From Promethearchaeia archaeon (GTDB lineage Archaea; Asgardarchaeota; Lokiarchaeia; Sigyniarchaeales; SOKP01): a stretch of 64,000 nucleotides of DNA. Position numbers and translations under genes: made by a program. Of this stretch, positions 1 to 8,929 are shown one piece after another (within the stretch, counting starts at the first letter, position 1; each line of letters opens with the position of its first letter). The stretch covers positions 115,714-179,713 of the forward strand of contig JAHQWK010000012.1 of the NCBI GenBank assembly GCA_029856145.1, read 5' to 3'. The notes under the pieces are model-generated. The model saw only the letters and a program-made list of their open reading frames with translations, did no database searches and was not told the origin of the DNA.

Positions 1-326
1 TTTGAAATTACCTTTGCTAAAAGTTTACATTCTCGAAATCCTAAAAATCCTGGTTTGTAAGGAAATTTAATTAGTTCTTTAGCAAAATAATATGACTCTG
101 CTTTTTTTTGATTAAAATTCCAAACTACCACACAAGCCACTCCATAATCGATTTTTCCTTTTTCATAGTATGAGATATCTACTCCAACAATGGTTTTAAT
201 AGCCTTAAAATCCTTTATGTGTTTATTTTGGGGCAATTGGATAATTAGGTTTTGATATTTTACTTGAATTGCTTCTGCTTGTTTAAATGAATAATCGTCT
301 ACTAGTAACTCTTGAATAATTGGCAT
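1..326 (-). CDS. nfi: Endonuclease V, 5' part (runs off window start)
   Basis: Manual translation from ATG at 326: MPIIQELLV...IVGVDISY...FPYKPGFLGFRE, matching the EndoV GVD and FPYxPGxLxFRE motifs. Not in the ORF track. Confidence 0.88.
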   Translation of the reverse strand, partial: MPIIQELLVDDYSFKQAEAIQVKYQNLIIQLPQNKHIKDFKAIKTIVGVDISYYEKGKIDYGVACVVVWNFNQKKAESYYFAKELIKFPYKPGFLGFRECKLLAKVIS

Positions 327-480
327 TCTAAATTAAGTATTTTGTAATTCTTATGTAATATTAAATTCAGATGGTTTAATATTATTCTAGTTTAGTAATT
401 CACTCTAAATTATTTGAATTTATAAATAAAAACTTTAATTTACTTCGATTTATACTCTAAATTAGTTTGGTGATTTTTCT

Positions 481-1284
481 ATGAAAATTAGTGTAAGTGG
501 AAAGGGTGGTGTTGGAAAGACTTTAGTTGCTGGTATTCTAGCAAGAATGTTTGCAAAAGATGAATTTAAGGTTTTAGCAATTGATAATGATTCTGCTATG
601 AATCTTAGTTATACTTTAGGCATCGATGAAAAGACTAAGGCTCAAATCGTCCCAATTAAAGAAATGAAATCAATGATAGAAGAAAGAACGTTTGTAAAAG
701 GTGCTGGTCCTGGAGTATATAATATAAACCCAGAAGTCTCTGACATACCCGATAAATTTAAAGTATCAGGTCAAGATGGCTTACAATTGCTGGTTTTAGG
801 TGGAATTGAAGAACCAGCTACAGGATGTTTATGTCCAGAAAATGCCTTAATAAGAACCCTCTTATACAATTTATTTGTTAAAAGGGATGAAATTGTAATT
901 GTCGATTTTGAAGCAGGTATAGAACACTTAGGGCGTGGCACAGCAAAAGGTATTGATTTAATGTTAGTTATAACAGAGCCTTCTCAAAAATCTTTAGATC
1001 TCTGCAAGAAAATAATAGATCTTTCAAAAAAATTAGGAGTTATTAATATTTATTTAATTGCAAATAAAATAGCTGACGAGTCTCAAAAAGATGTGATTAA
1101 TCAAAAAATTAAAGATTGGGAGGTTCCCCTTTATCATTCAATCCCTTTTGACCCTGAAATTGGGAAAGCTGATTTAGAGGGTATATCTCCAATGGACCAT
1201 AACTCAAATTCAAAGGCAATTCTATCAATTAAATCTCTTTATAATAAATTAAAAAAATTAAAAGCTGAACTCTTTGATTTATAG
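481..1284 (+). CDS. cooC: CooC/AcsF-family nickel-insertion P-loop ATPase
   Basis: Deviant Walker A GKGGVGKT, GCLC (CxC) metal motif, DFEAGIEHLGRG. Confidence 0.85.
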   Translation: MKISVSGKGGVGKTLVAGILARMFAKDEFKVLAIDNDSAMNLSYTLGIDEKTKAQIVPIKEMKSMIEERTFVKGAGPGVYNINPEVSDIPDKFKVSGQDGLQLLVLGGIEEPATGCLCPENALIRTLLYNLFVKRDEIVIVDFEAGIEHLGRGTAKGIDLMLVITEPSQKSLDLCKKIIDLSKKLGVINIYLIANKIADESQKDVINQKIKDWEVPLYHSIPFDPEIGKADLEGISPMDHNSNSKAILSIKSLYNKLKKLKAELFDL

Positions 1285-1435
1285 GTAAATAAGTCATTTT
1301 ATTTTTCTTCTATATAATTTATTTAAGTTACTATATATTCTATATAGTTCACCTATAAATACCTAATTTTTGTTTAGGTGATTGGAGATAATCCAAAATT
1401 AAAAAAATTAAAAAAATAGAGGTGGAATAAAGAAG

Positions 1436-1618
1436 TTGAGAAAGAAAGAAAACCTTCTAGTATTAGGAATGTTTTGTTTAATCATAGCATTCGTTTTAGA
1501 AATGGCAGGTAATGGAACTTTTTTAGCTAATTTCATAAGTTTGTTGTTTGTCGGAATAGCAATTTTTTCTAATGCTGAATATCTGGTTTTAACTTCTTTA
1601 GAGAGAAATAAGAAATAG
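1436..1618 (+). CDS. Small two-TM membrane protein
   Basis: Two hydrophobic segments; GAGGTG SD-like site upstream of the TTG. Confidence 0.55.
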   Translation: MRKKENLLVLGMFCLIIAFVLEMAGNGTFLANFISLLFVGIAIFSNAEYLVLTSLERNKK

Positions 1619-1634
1619 TTTCAAATATTTTTTT

Positions 1635-1877
1635 TTAAATTACATCCGTTAAATTCAAATCCTGATCTTCAGCAAGTTCTCTCCATTGTTCGATAGATTC
1701 TTTAGCTTCTTCTTCATTCATCATTTCAATTGCATATCCTGCATGAACGATAACATACTTTCCAATTTCAGGTTTTTGAATTAACGCAATAATTACATTT
1801 TGTTTAATTCCATCAAAATCTACTAATGCAGAATTCTCATCAATTTCTAAGATTTTTCCTGGTATTGCTAAGCACAT
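1635..1877 (-). CDS. hypC: Hydrogenase maturation chaperone HypC
   Basis: MCLAIP N-terminus, VIVHAGYAI. Confidence 0.96.
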   Translation of the reverse strand: MCLAIPGKILEIDENSALVDFDGIKQNVIIALIQKPEIGKYVIVHAGYAIEMMNEEEAKESIEQWRELAEDQDLNLTDVI

Positions 1878-2027
1878 AAAAATTCTCTAGTCAAAACTAC
1901 AATTAGTAATTCTTATAATATAATTAAATAAATAAAATTATCTTTTTCTTCAATTAAAAAGCCCGTTTTAAATAAAATGAAAGGATAAGGGAGGATGAGC
2001 AAAGTAGACAAAAAAATTTAATCTAAC

Positions 2028-2822
2028 TTATTTTTTCATGCTATAGTAAGCTATAAGGTCGTCTAACCAATTGAAGATTTCTTCTTTTGATAGATTGTCA
2101 AGATTAAACTTCAGTCTTTCTAATTCTCTTAGAATATTTTTAATATCCAATGGTATAGATCGTTGACATAGTTCAAATAAAAATTCATTACTCTTTGTAA
2201 CCAATGATTTAATTTCCGAATCCATTGCTTCAAATATAGGAGTATTATCTAATTCATCCACAGTTTTATCAATATCTACAAGTAAATTTATTAAATCAAA
2301 AAGTCTTCCCGTTTCATTTCCTTTAAATGAACTATGAAACTGAAAGAAATAACCCCTGTAATCATCTATAGGAATTAATTCGGAATATTGATTCGCTATT
2401 CGAATAACAGATTTTATATGTTTATATAGATTCGATGGAGCCCATGCATATAAATCAAGACTAGACTCTACTTCCTTACTTCGTATATCTAAATTAAATT
2501 GATGCTCATCTTTAAAATAACCAAAAGGAATAATAACAAAATCCAATGAATTTACACTATTTTTCGTTAAAGAAAAGCTTAGATCATCTATAGTATAAGC
2601 TTGATCTAGTGAATGTCTATATAAGTTAAATTTTATTTTTTTAATACCTGGTTTATACATATAAAATAATAATCCTTCAAATCCCTGAAGACTAAACTCT
2701 ACTGAAAATTTTATATCTCTTTTTATATTCGCTCCATTATTAAATCTTACATCAAGAAATAAATGATAATAGTTTTCAAGATACTGGAAAAACCAAGGAG
2801 CATCGCGCTTTAAATTAAACAT
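2028..2822 (-). CDS. Hypothetical protein
   Basis: 264-aa ORF, no recognised motif. Confidence 0.6.
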   Translation of the reverse strand: MFNLKRDAPWFFQYLENYYHLFLDVRFNNGANIKRDIKFSVEFSLQGFEGLLFYMYKPGIKKIKFNLYRHSLDQAYTIDDLSFSLTKNSVNSLDFVIIPFGYFKDEHQFNLDIRSKEVESSLDLYAWAPSNLYKHIKSVIRIANQYSELIPIDDYRGYFFQFHSSFKGNETGRLFDLINLLVDIDKTVDELDNTPIFEAMDSEIKSLVTKSNEFLFELCQRSIPLDIKNILRELERLKFNLDNLSKEEIFNWLDDLIAYYSMKK

Positions 2823-2969
2823 AATTATTTTAACTATATTTTATTATTTATTTCTTATTATCTAATAATCCCTAAGATAAATACAATGGAATTGTGTAAT
2901 TGTACAAAATTATAAAATTCCAAATTATTAAATAATCCTTTATTATTTAAACTTTACAATCGTTTTTAA

Positions 2970-3260
2970 TTAAGTTTTAAAATCTAAAATTCTAGAACCA
3001 TGAAATAATCTAACTATTTGAACCTTATCTCCAAAAATTCTATAAATAAGACGATAATTTCTTAAAATTAATTCTCGAATATTTGGATCGTCGAGCTCTG
3101 GTACTTTTCTTCCCAATTTCGGAAATTGAGTTAAACTTTCAACTTTTTCACGAACCAGTTCATAAAAGGAAAGAGCATATTCAAGCGAGTCTTGAGCAAT
3201 ATAATCAATAATCTCATTCAAATCATTTTCTGCTGTTGGAGACCATTCTATTTCAACCAT
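2970..3260 (-). CDS. RelE/ParE-family toxin
   Basis: IEWSPTAENDL...GRKVPE...RELILRNYRLIY...FHGSR. Confidence 0.9.
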   Translation of the reverse strand: MVEIEWSPTAENDLNEIIDYIAQDSLEYALSFYELVREKVESLTQFPKLGRKVPELDDPNIRELILRNYRLIYRIFGDKVQIVRLFHGSRILDFKT

Positions 3261-3448
3261 TTTTCCAATCTCTTTTTAGCATTTTCCATGACTTGTTCAT
3301 GAGGAATTACTTTTCCTAGCTTAACTTCTTCAATACCCGTTAATATCTTCTTTTTAACATATAGATGATACATGATATCATCAATTGTAGCATCTTCTGG
3401 TAATTTTCTTATAAGGGCTATTATTTCTTCCTTAAGATTAGTAGTCAT
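3248..3448 (-). CDS. Antitoxin of the RelE/ParE pair
   Basis: Small ORF overlapping the toxin start; LPEDATIDDIMYHLYV...G..IPHEQV pattern. Confidence 0.8.
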   Translation of the reverse strand: MTTNLKEEIIALIRKLPEDATIDDIMYHLYVKKKILTGIEEVKLGKVIPHEQVMENAKKRLEKWLK

Positions 3449-3814
3449 AAGTTCTCACTATCTAAATAATCATTTTAACTTTTATAATTACTTATCCACT
3501 TTTAATAACCCATAGAAATGATAACAATCTTTCTAATTGAAAAACTTTCTGGCATTGTCATATTCATTAAATTTAAAAAAAAATTATTTAATTAAAATTC
3601 TCCAGTTATTTCATCTTGTCTCAAAACTTCTCTGAATTTGGTACGATTGAAAGAAATTAAAGATATTTTTTCAATCAGATCTCCGTTATTTGAAGCGAAT
3701 ACCAGTCTAGTTGGTTCTTTATTATCGTATCTTTCTTATTTAAATCTTACAATCTCAATAAGAATGTTTAAAAAAATTAAAAAAATAAAAGAATTTTAAG
3801 ATTATACTATTTAT

Positions 3815-4693
3815 CTATATACCAAGCTTTTCTAATACTCCAGATAATCTTGTACGATGAAATTTTAATCCTAATTCATCCGGACTAAATCCCATTGCTA
3901 AAGCATATAATTCTGTTAGATACAAAACAGGGATTCCATATTCGGTTTCGAACATCTTGCCGAGATCTCTTTGTCTAGTATCAAATTGCTGGAAACATGA
4001 TGGACAGTTCACAACAATGACGTCCGCACCAGTCTTTTTAATACTATCCATTTTTTTCTTTAGATTTGCCATGCCATGTTCCTCATATGCATTTGTTACT
4101 GCTGAACCGCAACAAAGTGCAATTTCTTCATAGTCTACTACTGTAGCCCCAGAAAGAGCTGCTAACTCTTTTAAATTAGTCGGTCGCATTGGATCGTCGG
4201 ATTCCATCCATTCAGCGGGTCTCATATAATGACACCCTGGATGGCAAGCTACTTTCAAACCACCTAATTGTTTAGTTATAGCTCCTCTAATCTTATCCAA
4301 TCCCACTTCATCTTTCAATACATCAACAAAATGCTTTATATCTATAGACCCTTTAAATTCCTTCCCGATTTTTGCCAGCTCCGAATTGACCTTTTCCTTC
4401 TTCAAGCTATCATGCTCTAATTGATGCTTTACACCTCTTAAAGTATTAGCACAACCATTACATAATGATACAATGTCCTTACCCTCTGTTTCTGCTAAAC
4501 ATAGATTTCGAGCACCGATTGTTAACCACGCATCATTATCAAAACATTTTACTCCAGTAGGATCTGGACAACATGAGAATGGTGCCTGAGAGGTTTCAAT
4601 ACCTAGCTTATCAAAAACTTTTCTTGAAGCAGCTTCAATAAAAGGAATTCTATTACCAATAACACATCCCTCAAACATTTTATATTCTGTCAT
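3815..4693 (-). CDS. hdrB: Heterodisulfide reductase subunit B
   Basis: Two CCG domains (GC...CC...CxxC): SCCP/CNGC and CCG/CPSC. Confidence 0.93.
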   Translation of the reverse strand: MTEYKMFEGCVIGNRIPFIEAASRKVFDKLGIETSQAPFSCCPDPTGVKCFDNDAWLTIGARNLCLAETEGKDIVSLCNGCANTLRGVKHQLEHDSLKKEKVNSELAKIGKEFKGSIDIKHFVDVLKDEVGLDKIRGAITKQLGGLKVACHPGCHYMRPAEWMESDDPMRPTNLKELAALSGATVVDYEEIALCCGSAVTNAYEEHGMANLKKKMDSIKKTGADVIVVNCPSCFQQFDTRQRDLGKMFETEYGIPVLYLTELYALAMGFSPDELGLKFHRTRLSGVLEKLGI

Positions 4694-4709
4694 TTTTCTT
4701 ATCCTCGAA

Positions 4710-5219
4710 TTATTTTAGTTTTTTATCTGTTCCAATATTTTTTAGTAATGTTTGTACTTCATTCACATCTGGTACTACTACCGCTGGTAAACCTAATTGT
4801 TCTCTTCGTCTCTCAATTGCAGGTTGTGAAGGAATTGCTTTGGCATTTTCGAAAACTGTTTTTGCCTGTGAATAGATAAATTCTGGACCTTTCCCTAGAG
4901 CAATACTCTGGTTTTTTAGAAATGTAAAGATTTCTGTAAGCTCAATATTTTGGGGACATACCTCATCACATGTATCACAAACAGTACAACCCCAAATAGT
5001 TAACTCATCTCCTCCAAGGAGTAAACCTTTATATCCTAAAAGAGCAAATAAGATATTTTTTCTAGGATTATAACCCTTAGCCGGGTCATAAAAATCCGCG
5101 GTAACATCAGTTACAGGACAATTATCAGCACATCTACTACATTGATAACAGTATTTAATCACATCAGGCCCAATATGGTAATCTAAAATCTGTTTTCTCC
5201 ATTCAAAGTTTACTTCCAT
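4710..5219 (-). CDS. hdrC: Heterodisulfide reductase subunit C
   Basis: CYQCSRCADNCP and CTVCDTCDEVCP; adjacent to hdrB. Confidence 0.92.
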   Translation of the reverse strand: MEVNFEWRKQILDYHIGPDVIKYCYQCSRCADNCPVTDVTADFYDPAKGYNPRKNILFALLGYKGLLLGGDELTIWGCTVCDTCDEVCPQNIELTEIFTFLKNQSIALGKGPEFIYSQAKTVFENAKAIPSQPAIERRREQLGLPAVVVPDVNEVQTLLKNIGTDKKLK

Positions 5220-5264
5220 TTTTTTTCACTTTTTTTCTTATTTTTTGAATGATTTTTTTTATTT

Positions 5265-5342
5265 GTAGGCTTTAACCCCACGCAAGGGGCAGTTATATCC
5301 AATTTCTATTATTTTTATTGGACATTCATCCTATAAGCCTAC
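5265..5342 (-). promoter_or_regulatory. Putative SECIS-like RNA structure 3' of vhuU
   Basis: Minus strand: GUAGGCUU/AAGCCUAC outer helix, AUGA, 9-bp AUGUCCAAU/AUUGGAUAU helix, AAAA-led loop, side hairpin CCCC-UUGCGU-GGGG. The 3' side reads UAAC rather than canonical UGAN. Confidence 0.6.
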
Positions 5343-5477
5343 GTTCAAATTTCGAGAGTAAATCTCAGTGCCCTCTTCATTAACTACAGTAATGTGAGCA
5401 GCACACGATAGTCAACAGTCAAAACAGCGAACTATCATTTCCAAGAGATTTACTACACCTTCTGGTATATCACTCAT
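5331..5477 (-). CDS. vhuU: [NiFeSe] hydrogenase small peptide subunit VhuU, selenoprotein (UGA at 5414-5412)
   Basis: Manual translation MSDIPEGVVNLLEMIVRCFDC-U-LSCAAHITVVNEEGTEIYSRNLNVGL*. Supplies the C-terminal Ni/Fe ligand motif missing from the upstream large subunit. Confidence 0.92.
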
Positions 5478-5520
5478 CTTTTTTTATTCACTTTTTTATT
5501 TAATTTTCAATATATTTGAT

Positions 5521-6825
5521 TTATTTAATCCATGGGTCTGGTAATTTTAATCCATCTAGTGCCTTGTCTTCGAAAACCTGTTTAGCTACATGCATTAATG
5601 TCTTTTCAATTCCCGCAATATTATGGTTAGTTGCTACTAAGAGATTTGCTTTTTTACAAATTCCTTCAGCATCTGACCAAATATGATACAAAAGTAATCC
5701 TCGTGGAGCTTCAGTGACGCCAACACCATCTCCTTCTCGTGGTTGGACATCCAAAGTTTTACAATCTGGATTTACCACATCATCATCTTGAAGGAGTGTT
5801 GCTACAACTTCAATTGACTCAACTAATTCAATTAATCGAGCCCAATGATATGCGAATGTATGATGAGGTATGTTTCCAACTTTTGCTCTCATTGCTTGCA
5901 ATGCTTCATCAGCTAAGGGAGTTGCCATTTTATCTGCACAGTTAATCATTGCTAATGTATTCGCTCGATAAATACCTTCAGGGTATCCAGCAGGTTTATA
6001 ATACATGTGAGTTGCATAAGAATGTTCTGGAATGTGTTCACCTAAAGCGTCTAAATATTTCTGAGGTGGATAATCGAATTTCTCTCCATCAGGAGAAACA
6101 ATACGAATATCACCATCATAAATATCATGAACACCATTTTTAGTCATACCTAAGTAATAAGTTGGAACAACACCAACATTAGCAACAACATCCCAATAAT
6201 CTTCGACAACTTTTAAACCAATATCCACAGTCTTTTTTGTCCATTCAACTTGATCCTCAATTTGTTTTAAAAACAAATCTCGAACATCTTCATCTAAAGG
6301 CTTTTTCATTCCACCAACTATAGCAGAAATTGGATGTACAGATTTACCACCTACTGCAGCGCATAATTTCTGTCCAAAATCCATCATTTTTAATGCCATT
6401 GTACCGACTTCTGGCATTTTATTGATGACATGAACAACATTCCTTAGCGCAGGATCAGCGAAAGGTCCTAATAAGAAATCAGGAGCTGCAAGTGCATAGA
6501 AATGAAGTGCATGTGATGAATATTGCTTTGCATTCTGTAACAATTGACGTAATTTATATGCTGCAGGAGGAATTTGAACGCCCCAAGCGTCTTCTACTGC
6601 TTTGGTAGGTGTTAGATGATGAGGTATCGGACATATACCACAAATTCTTGGAGTAATTCTAGGGATATTTTCGCAATATCTTCCTTCAAGAAATTTCTCA
6701 AAAAATCTTGTCGAAGTGATATTGAATTGAACATCTTGTACCTTTCCATCATCACCTAAGACTAATCTTAAGCCTCCATGTCCCTCTAATCGAGTCACGG
6801 GGTCTACTACTATTTCTTTTACCAT
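5521..6825 (-). CDS. vhuA: F420-non-reducing (group 3c) hydrogenase large subunit, split form
   Basis: DPVTRLEGHG, RICGICP, EAPRG; ends without the DPCxxCxxH motif. Confidence 0.92.
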   Translation of the reverse strand: MVKEIVVDPVTRLEGHGGLRLVLGDDGKVQDVQFNITSTRFFEKFLEGRYCENIPRITPRICGICPIPHHLTPTKAVEDAWGVQIPPAAYKLRQLLQNAKQYSSHALHFYALAAPDFLLGPFADPALRNVVHVINKMPEVGTMALKMMDFGQKLCAAVGGKSVHPISAIVGGMKKPLDEDVRDLFLKQIEDQVEWTKKTVDIGLKVVEDYWDVVANVGVVPTYYLGMTKNGVHDIYDGDIRIVSPDGEKFDYPPQKYLDALGEHIPEHSYATHMYYKPAGYPEGIYRANTLAMINCADKMATPLADEALQAMRAKVGNIPHHTFAYHWARLIELVESIEVVATLLQDDDVVNPDCKTLDVQPREGDGVGVTEAPRGLLLYHIWSDAEGICKKANLLVATNHNIAGIEKTLMHVAKQVFEDKALDGLKLPDPWIK

Positions 6826-6829
6826 TTTT

Positions 6830-8143
6830 TTATACGCCTCCTTTTCTTGATGCTAATGTAAATTTTTCAAAAGTGCCAATAGGATCTTTTACTTGAGCAA
6901 GTAGTTCATCTTTGGATAAACTCACATTGAATCCCTTAAGTATAGTATCTGCAAATCTCTCTGCTTGATCAACACCCCATTCTGTCTGACCATAACAGCC
7001 AGAACATGGAGCGTTAACCTTGATACATAGACCGCCACAGCCAGCACGAGTAACAGGACCCATACAGATATATCCTTGTTCAATAAGACAATCATCCATA
7101 TTAGGAAGCCCTTCATAGTCTCTTTTAACTTTTGTCATTGTAGATTTGCTTCCAATAATCCGAGGACATGTGTCACAGACGTTTGAGATTTCAGTGAAAT
7201 CTGAATTATCTCTCAAGAAAGCCATTAAACTTCCCGCAATTTCCTCTGTTGTTGGAGGTAAATTTGCTATGGGTGTGTCAGGAGTTCCATGTTTCTTTAC
7301 TTGTTTTAGGATATCTCCAGCTAAATCAAAACCTGCCATTAATGGGACATTCAAGAATAATGTTAGAAATTCATACAAATTCTTTTTATCTCCTGAACTA
7401 ATAGCACCAAGACTCTTCGTCATACTGCCTAATTTTTCTGCTCTAGAATCAACTGTCTTTGCAGGCCCAAAGCAACCAACACAGGGTTTTCCTTTACTGG
7501 TACATTTTAAGCTGCAACCAATACTAGTTATGGGACCGAAGCATAATTTTCCTGCGTCTAATAAACAGTTATCTTTAATAGCACAATCATTACAATATGC
7601 AAGATCATTCATAGGAAATGGCTTTTGTCCTAATAAGAATATCACAGCACTGACAATCTGTTCTGGTCTAGGCGGACACCCTGCCATATAAACATCTACA
7701 TTAATAATATCATCAACAGGAACGATTTTATCTCTAAAACCGGGAGTATGTTGTGTTGGTTCACCACCACTTCCATCAGCTATACTTTCTACTTCAGAGA
7801 ATTTTCTTCTTACTAAGTCATCTTTATTCCACTGGTTAGCTAATCCATGTACATTTCCATAGCAGGAACAACTTCCAAAATTAATGATTAGAGCGCATTT
7901 TTCTCTCATTAGTTTGACGTTTTCATAATCTTCATTAGTTCTAACAGAACCTTCAATGAATCCGACTAATATTGAACCGTTTTCTCTCGCTTTCAATGAA
8001 TCATGTTTAAAGTCTACTACTGCTGGCCAGTAAACTATTTCGAGTGCTGGAAGAACTGGCAATAATCCTAAATGAGCATTCAATAAGGATTGATGACAAC
8101 CCCAACAATCGGAAAGTTGCATAAAAGCTACTTTTACTGCCAT
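6830..8143 (-). CDS. vhuG: F420-non-reducing hydrogenase small subunit, extended
   Basis: DCWGCH, GSCSCYG, GCPP, plus two copies of the C-terminal Fe-S module. Confidence 0.9.
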   Translation of the reverse strand: MAVKVAFMQLSDCWGCHQSLLNAHLGLLPVLPALEIVYWPAVVDFKHDSLKARENGSILVGFIEGSVRTNEDYENVKLMREKCALIINFGSCSCYGNVHGLANQWNKDDLVRRKFSEVESIADGSGGEPTQHTPGFRDKIVPVDDIINVDVYMAGCPPRPEQIVSAVIFLLGQKPFPMNDLAYCNDCAIKDNCLLDAGKLCFGPITSIGCSLKCTSKGKPCVGCFGPAKTVDSRAEKLGSMTKSLGAISSGDKKNLYEFLTLFLNVPLMAGFDLAGDILKQVKKHGTPDTPIANLPPTTEEIAGSLMAFLRDNSDFTEISNVCDTCPRIIGSKSTMTKVKRDYEGLPNMDDCLIEQGYICMGPVTRAGCGGLCIKVNAPCSGCYGQTEWGVDQAERFADTILKGFNVSLSKDELLAQVKDPIGTFEKFTLASRKGGV

Positions 8144-8176
8144 TTTTTATCAATTTTTTTTTGTATATTTTGTTTG

Positions 8177-8196
8177 TTTAAATTAGCTAATTTAAA
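8177..8196. promoter_or_regulatory. Perfect 20-bp palindrome upstream of vhuG (candidate operator)
   Basis: TTTAAATTAGCTAATTTAAA, 34 bp from the start codon; related ATTTAGCTAAAT at 8308-8319. Confidence 0.4.
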
Positions 8197-8694
8197 TTAA
8201 AAAAAATTAGTTGAGATATGTTATTCATAACTGTATTAAAAAGTTCTGATTCCTTTTACATTCTGATAAAATTATTTTTACAATATGAATAAATATTCAA
8301 AATTTACATTTAGCTAAATTTGGAAGCAGATTTTTAATTAACTCCTTATTATATTTTAGAAAATGAAATATTTATTTTTTTATTCGTTTTAAGCGAAAAT
8401 AATAAGCCTTTTATCGAATAAATTAACTAAATTTATCTGATTGTGGTAAATGATAATTCCATTAAAATAACTATGTTCTTGTGTTAAATTTTAATTATTA
8501 ATGTCGACCTTGTTTTAAGAGTATTTGAAGATAAATTTTGTATTAATAAAACTGATAATTTTGTAGAAGAAAAACTGACTGACTAATTTCATTAATTTTA
8601 AATATTTTACCATCTAATTAGAATTATCATTCATTTACCTATCGAATGATTATTCAAAACAATTAAATAAAAAACAAAAAAAAGTTGGATAGAA

Positions 8695-8928
8695 ATGGTA
8701 GATATTACAGATACACTGGATTGCACGGGCGATGTTTGTCCTTATCCAGATGTAAAAAGCAAAAGAAGAGTTAAAAAGATGAATTCAGGAGAAGTACTTG
8801 AAATTCTCCTTGATTATCCTCTTTCAGCTGAGAGAATTCCCGAAACTATGAAATCTCTAGGGCATGAAGTGCTATCTGTAGATAAGACCGGAGATTCTTC
8901 TTGGAAGATTCTCATCCAAATAAAATAA
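8695..8928 (+). CDS. tusA: TusA/YeeD-family sulfur carrier
   Basis: LDCTGDVCPYP (CPxP motif). Confidence 0.9.
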   Translation: MVDITDTLDCTGDVCPYPDVKSKRRVKKMNSGEVLEILLDYPLSAERIPETMKSLGHEVLSVDKTGDSSWKILIQIK

Positions 8929-8929
8929 G

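Noticed and set aside
3592-3768. Minus-strand protein-like fragment (..RFK*ERYDNKEPTRLVFASNNG..GEF*)
   Set aside because: No start codon, an internal stop and no recognisable family; possibly a remnant but unsupported.
5739-7691. Plus-strand ORFs (68, 64, 181 aa) and a minus-strand 64-aa ORF inside vhuA/vhuG
   Set aside because: Shadow frames of well-supported genes with no motifs. The same applies to the other nested short ORFs in the track, e.g. 9169, 11409, 15749, 16853, 23381, 35762, 45107, 50289, 61765.
8144-8694. Possible hidden Sec-containing mvhD/vhuD in the intergenic gap
   Set aside because: Very AT-rich, stop-rich, and no MvhD-like Cys motifs seen.
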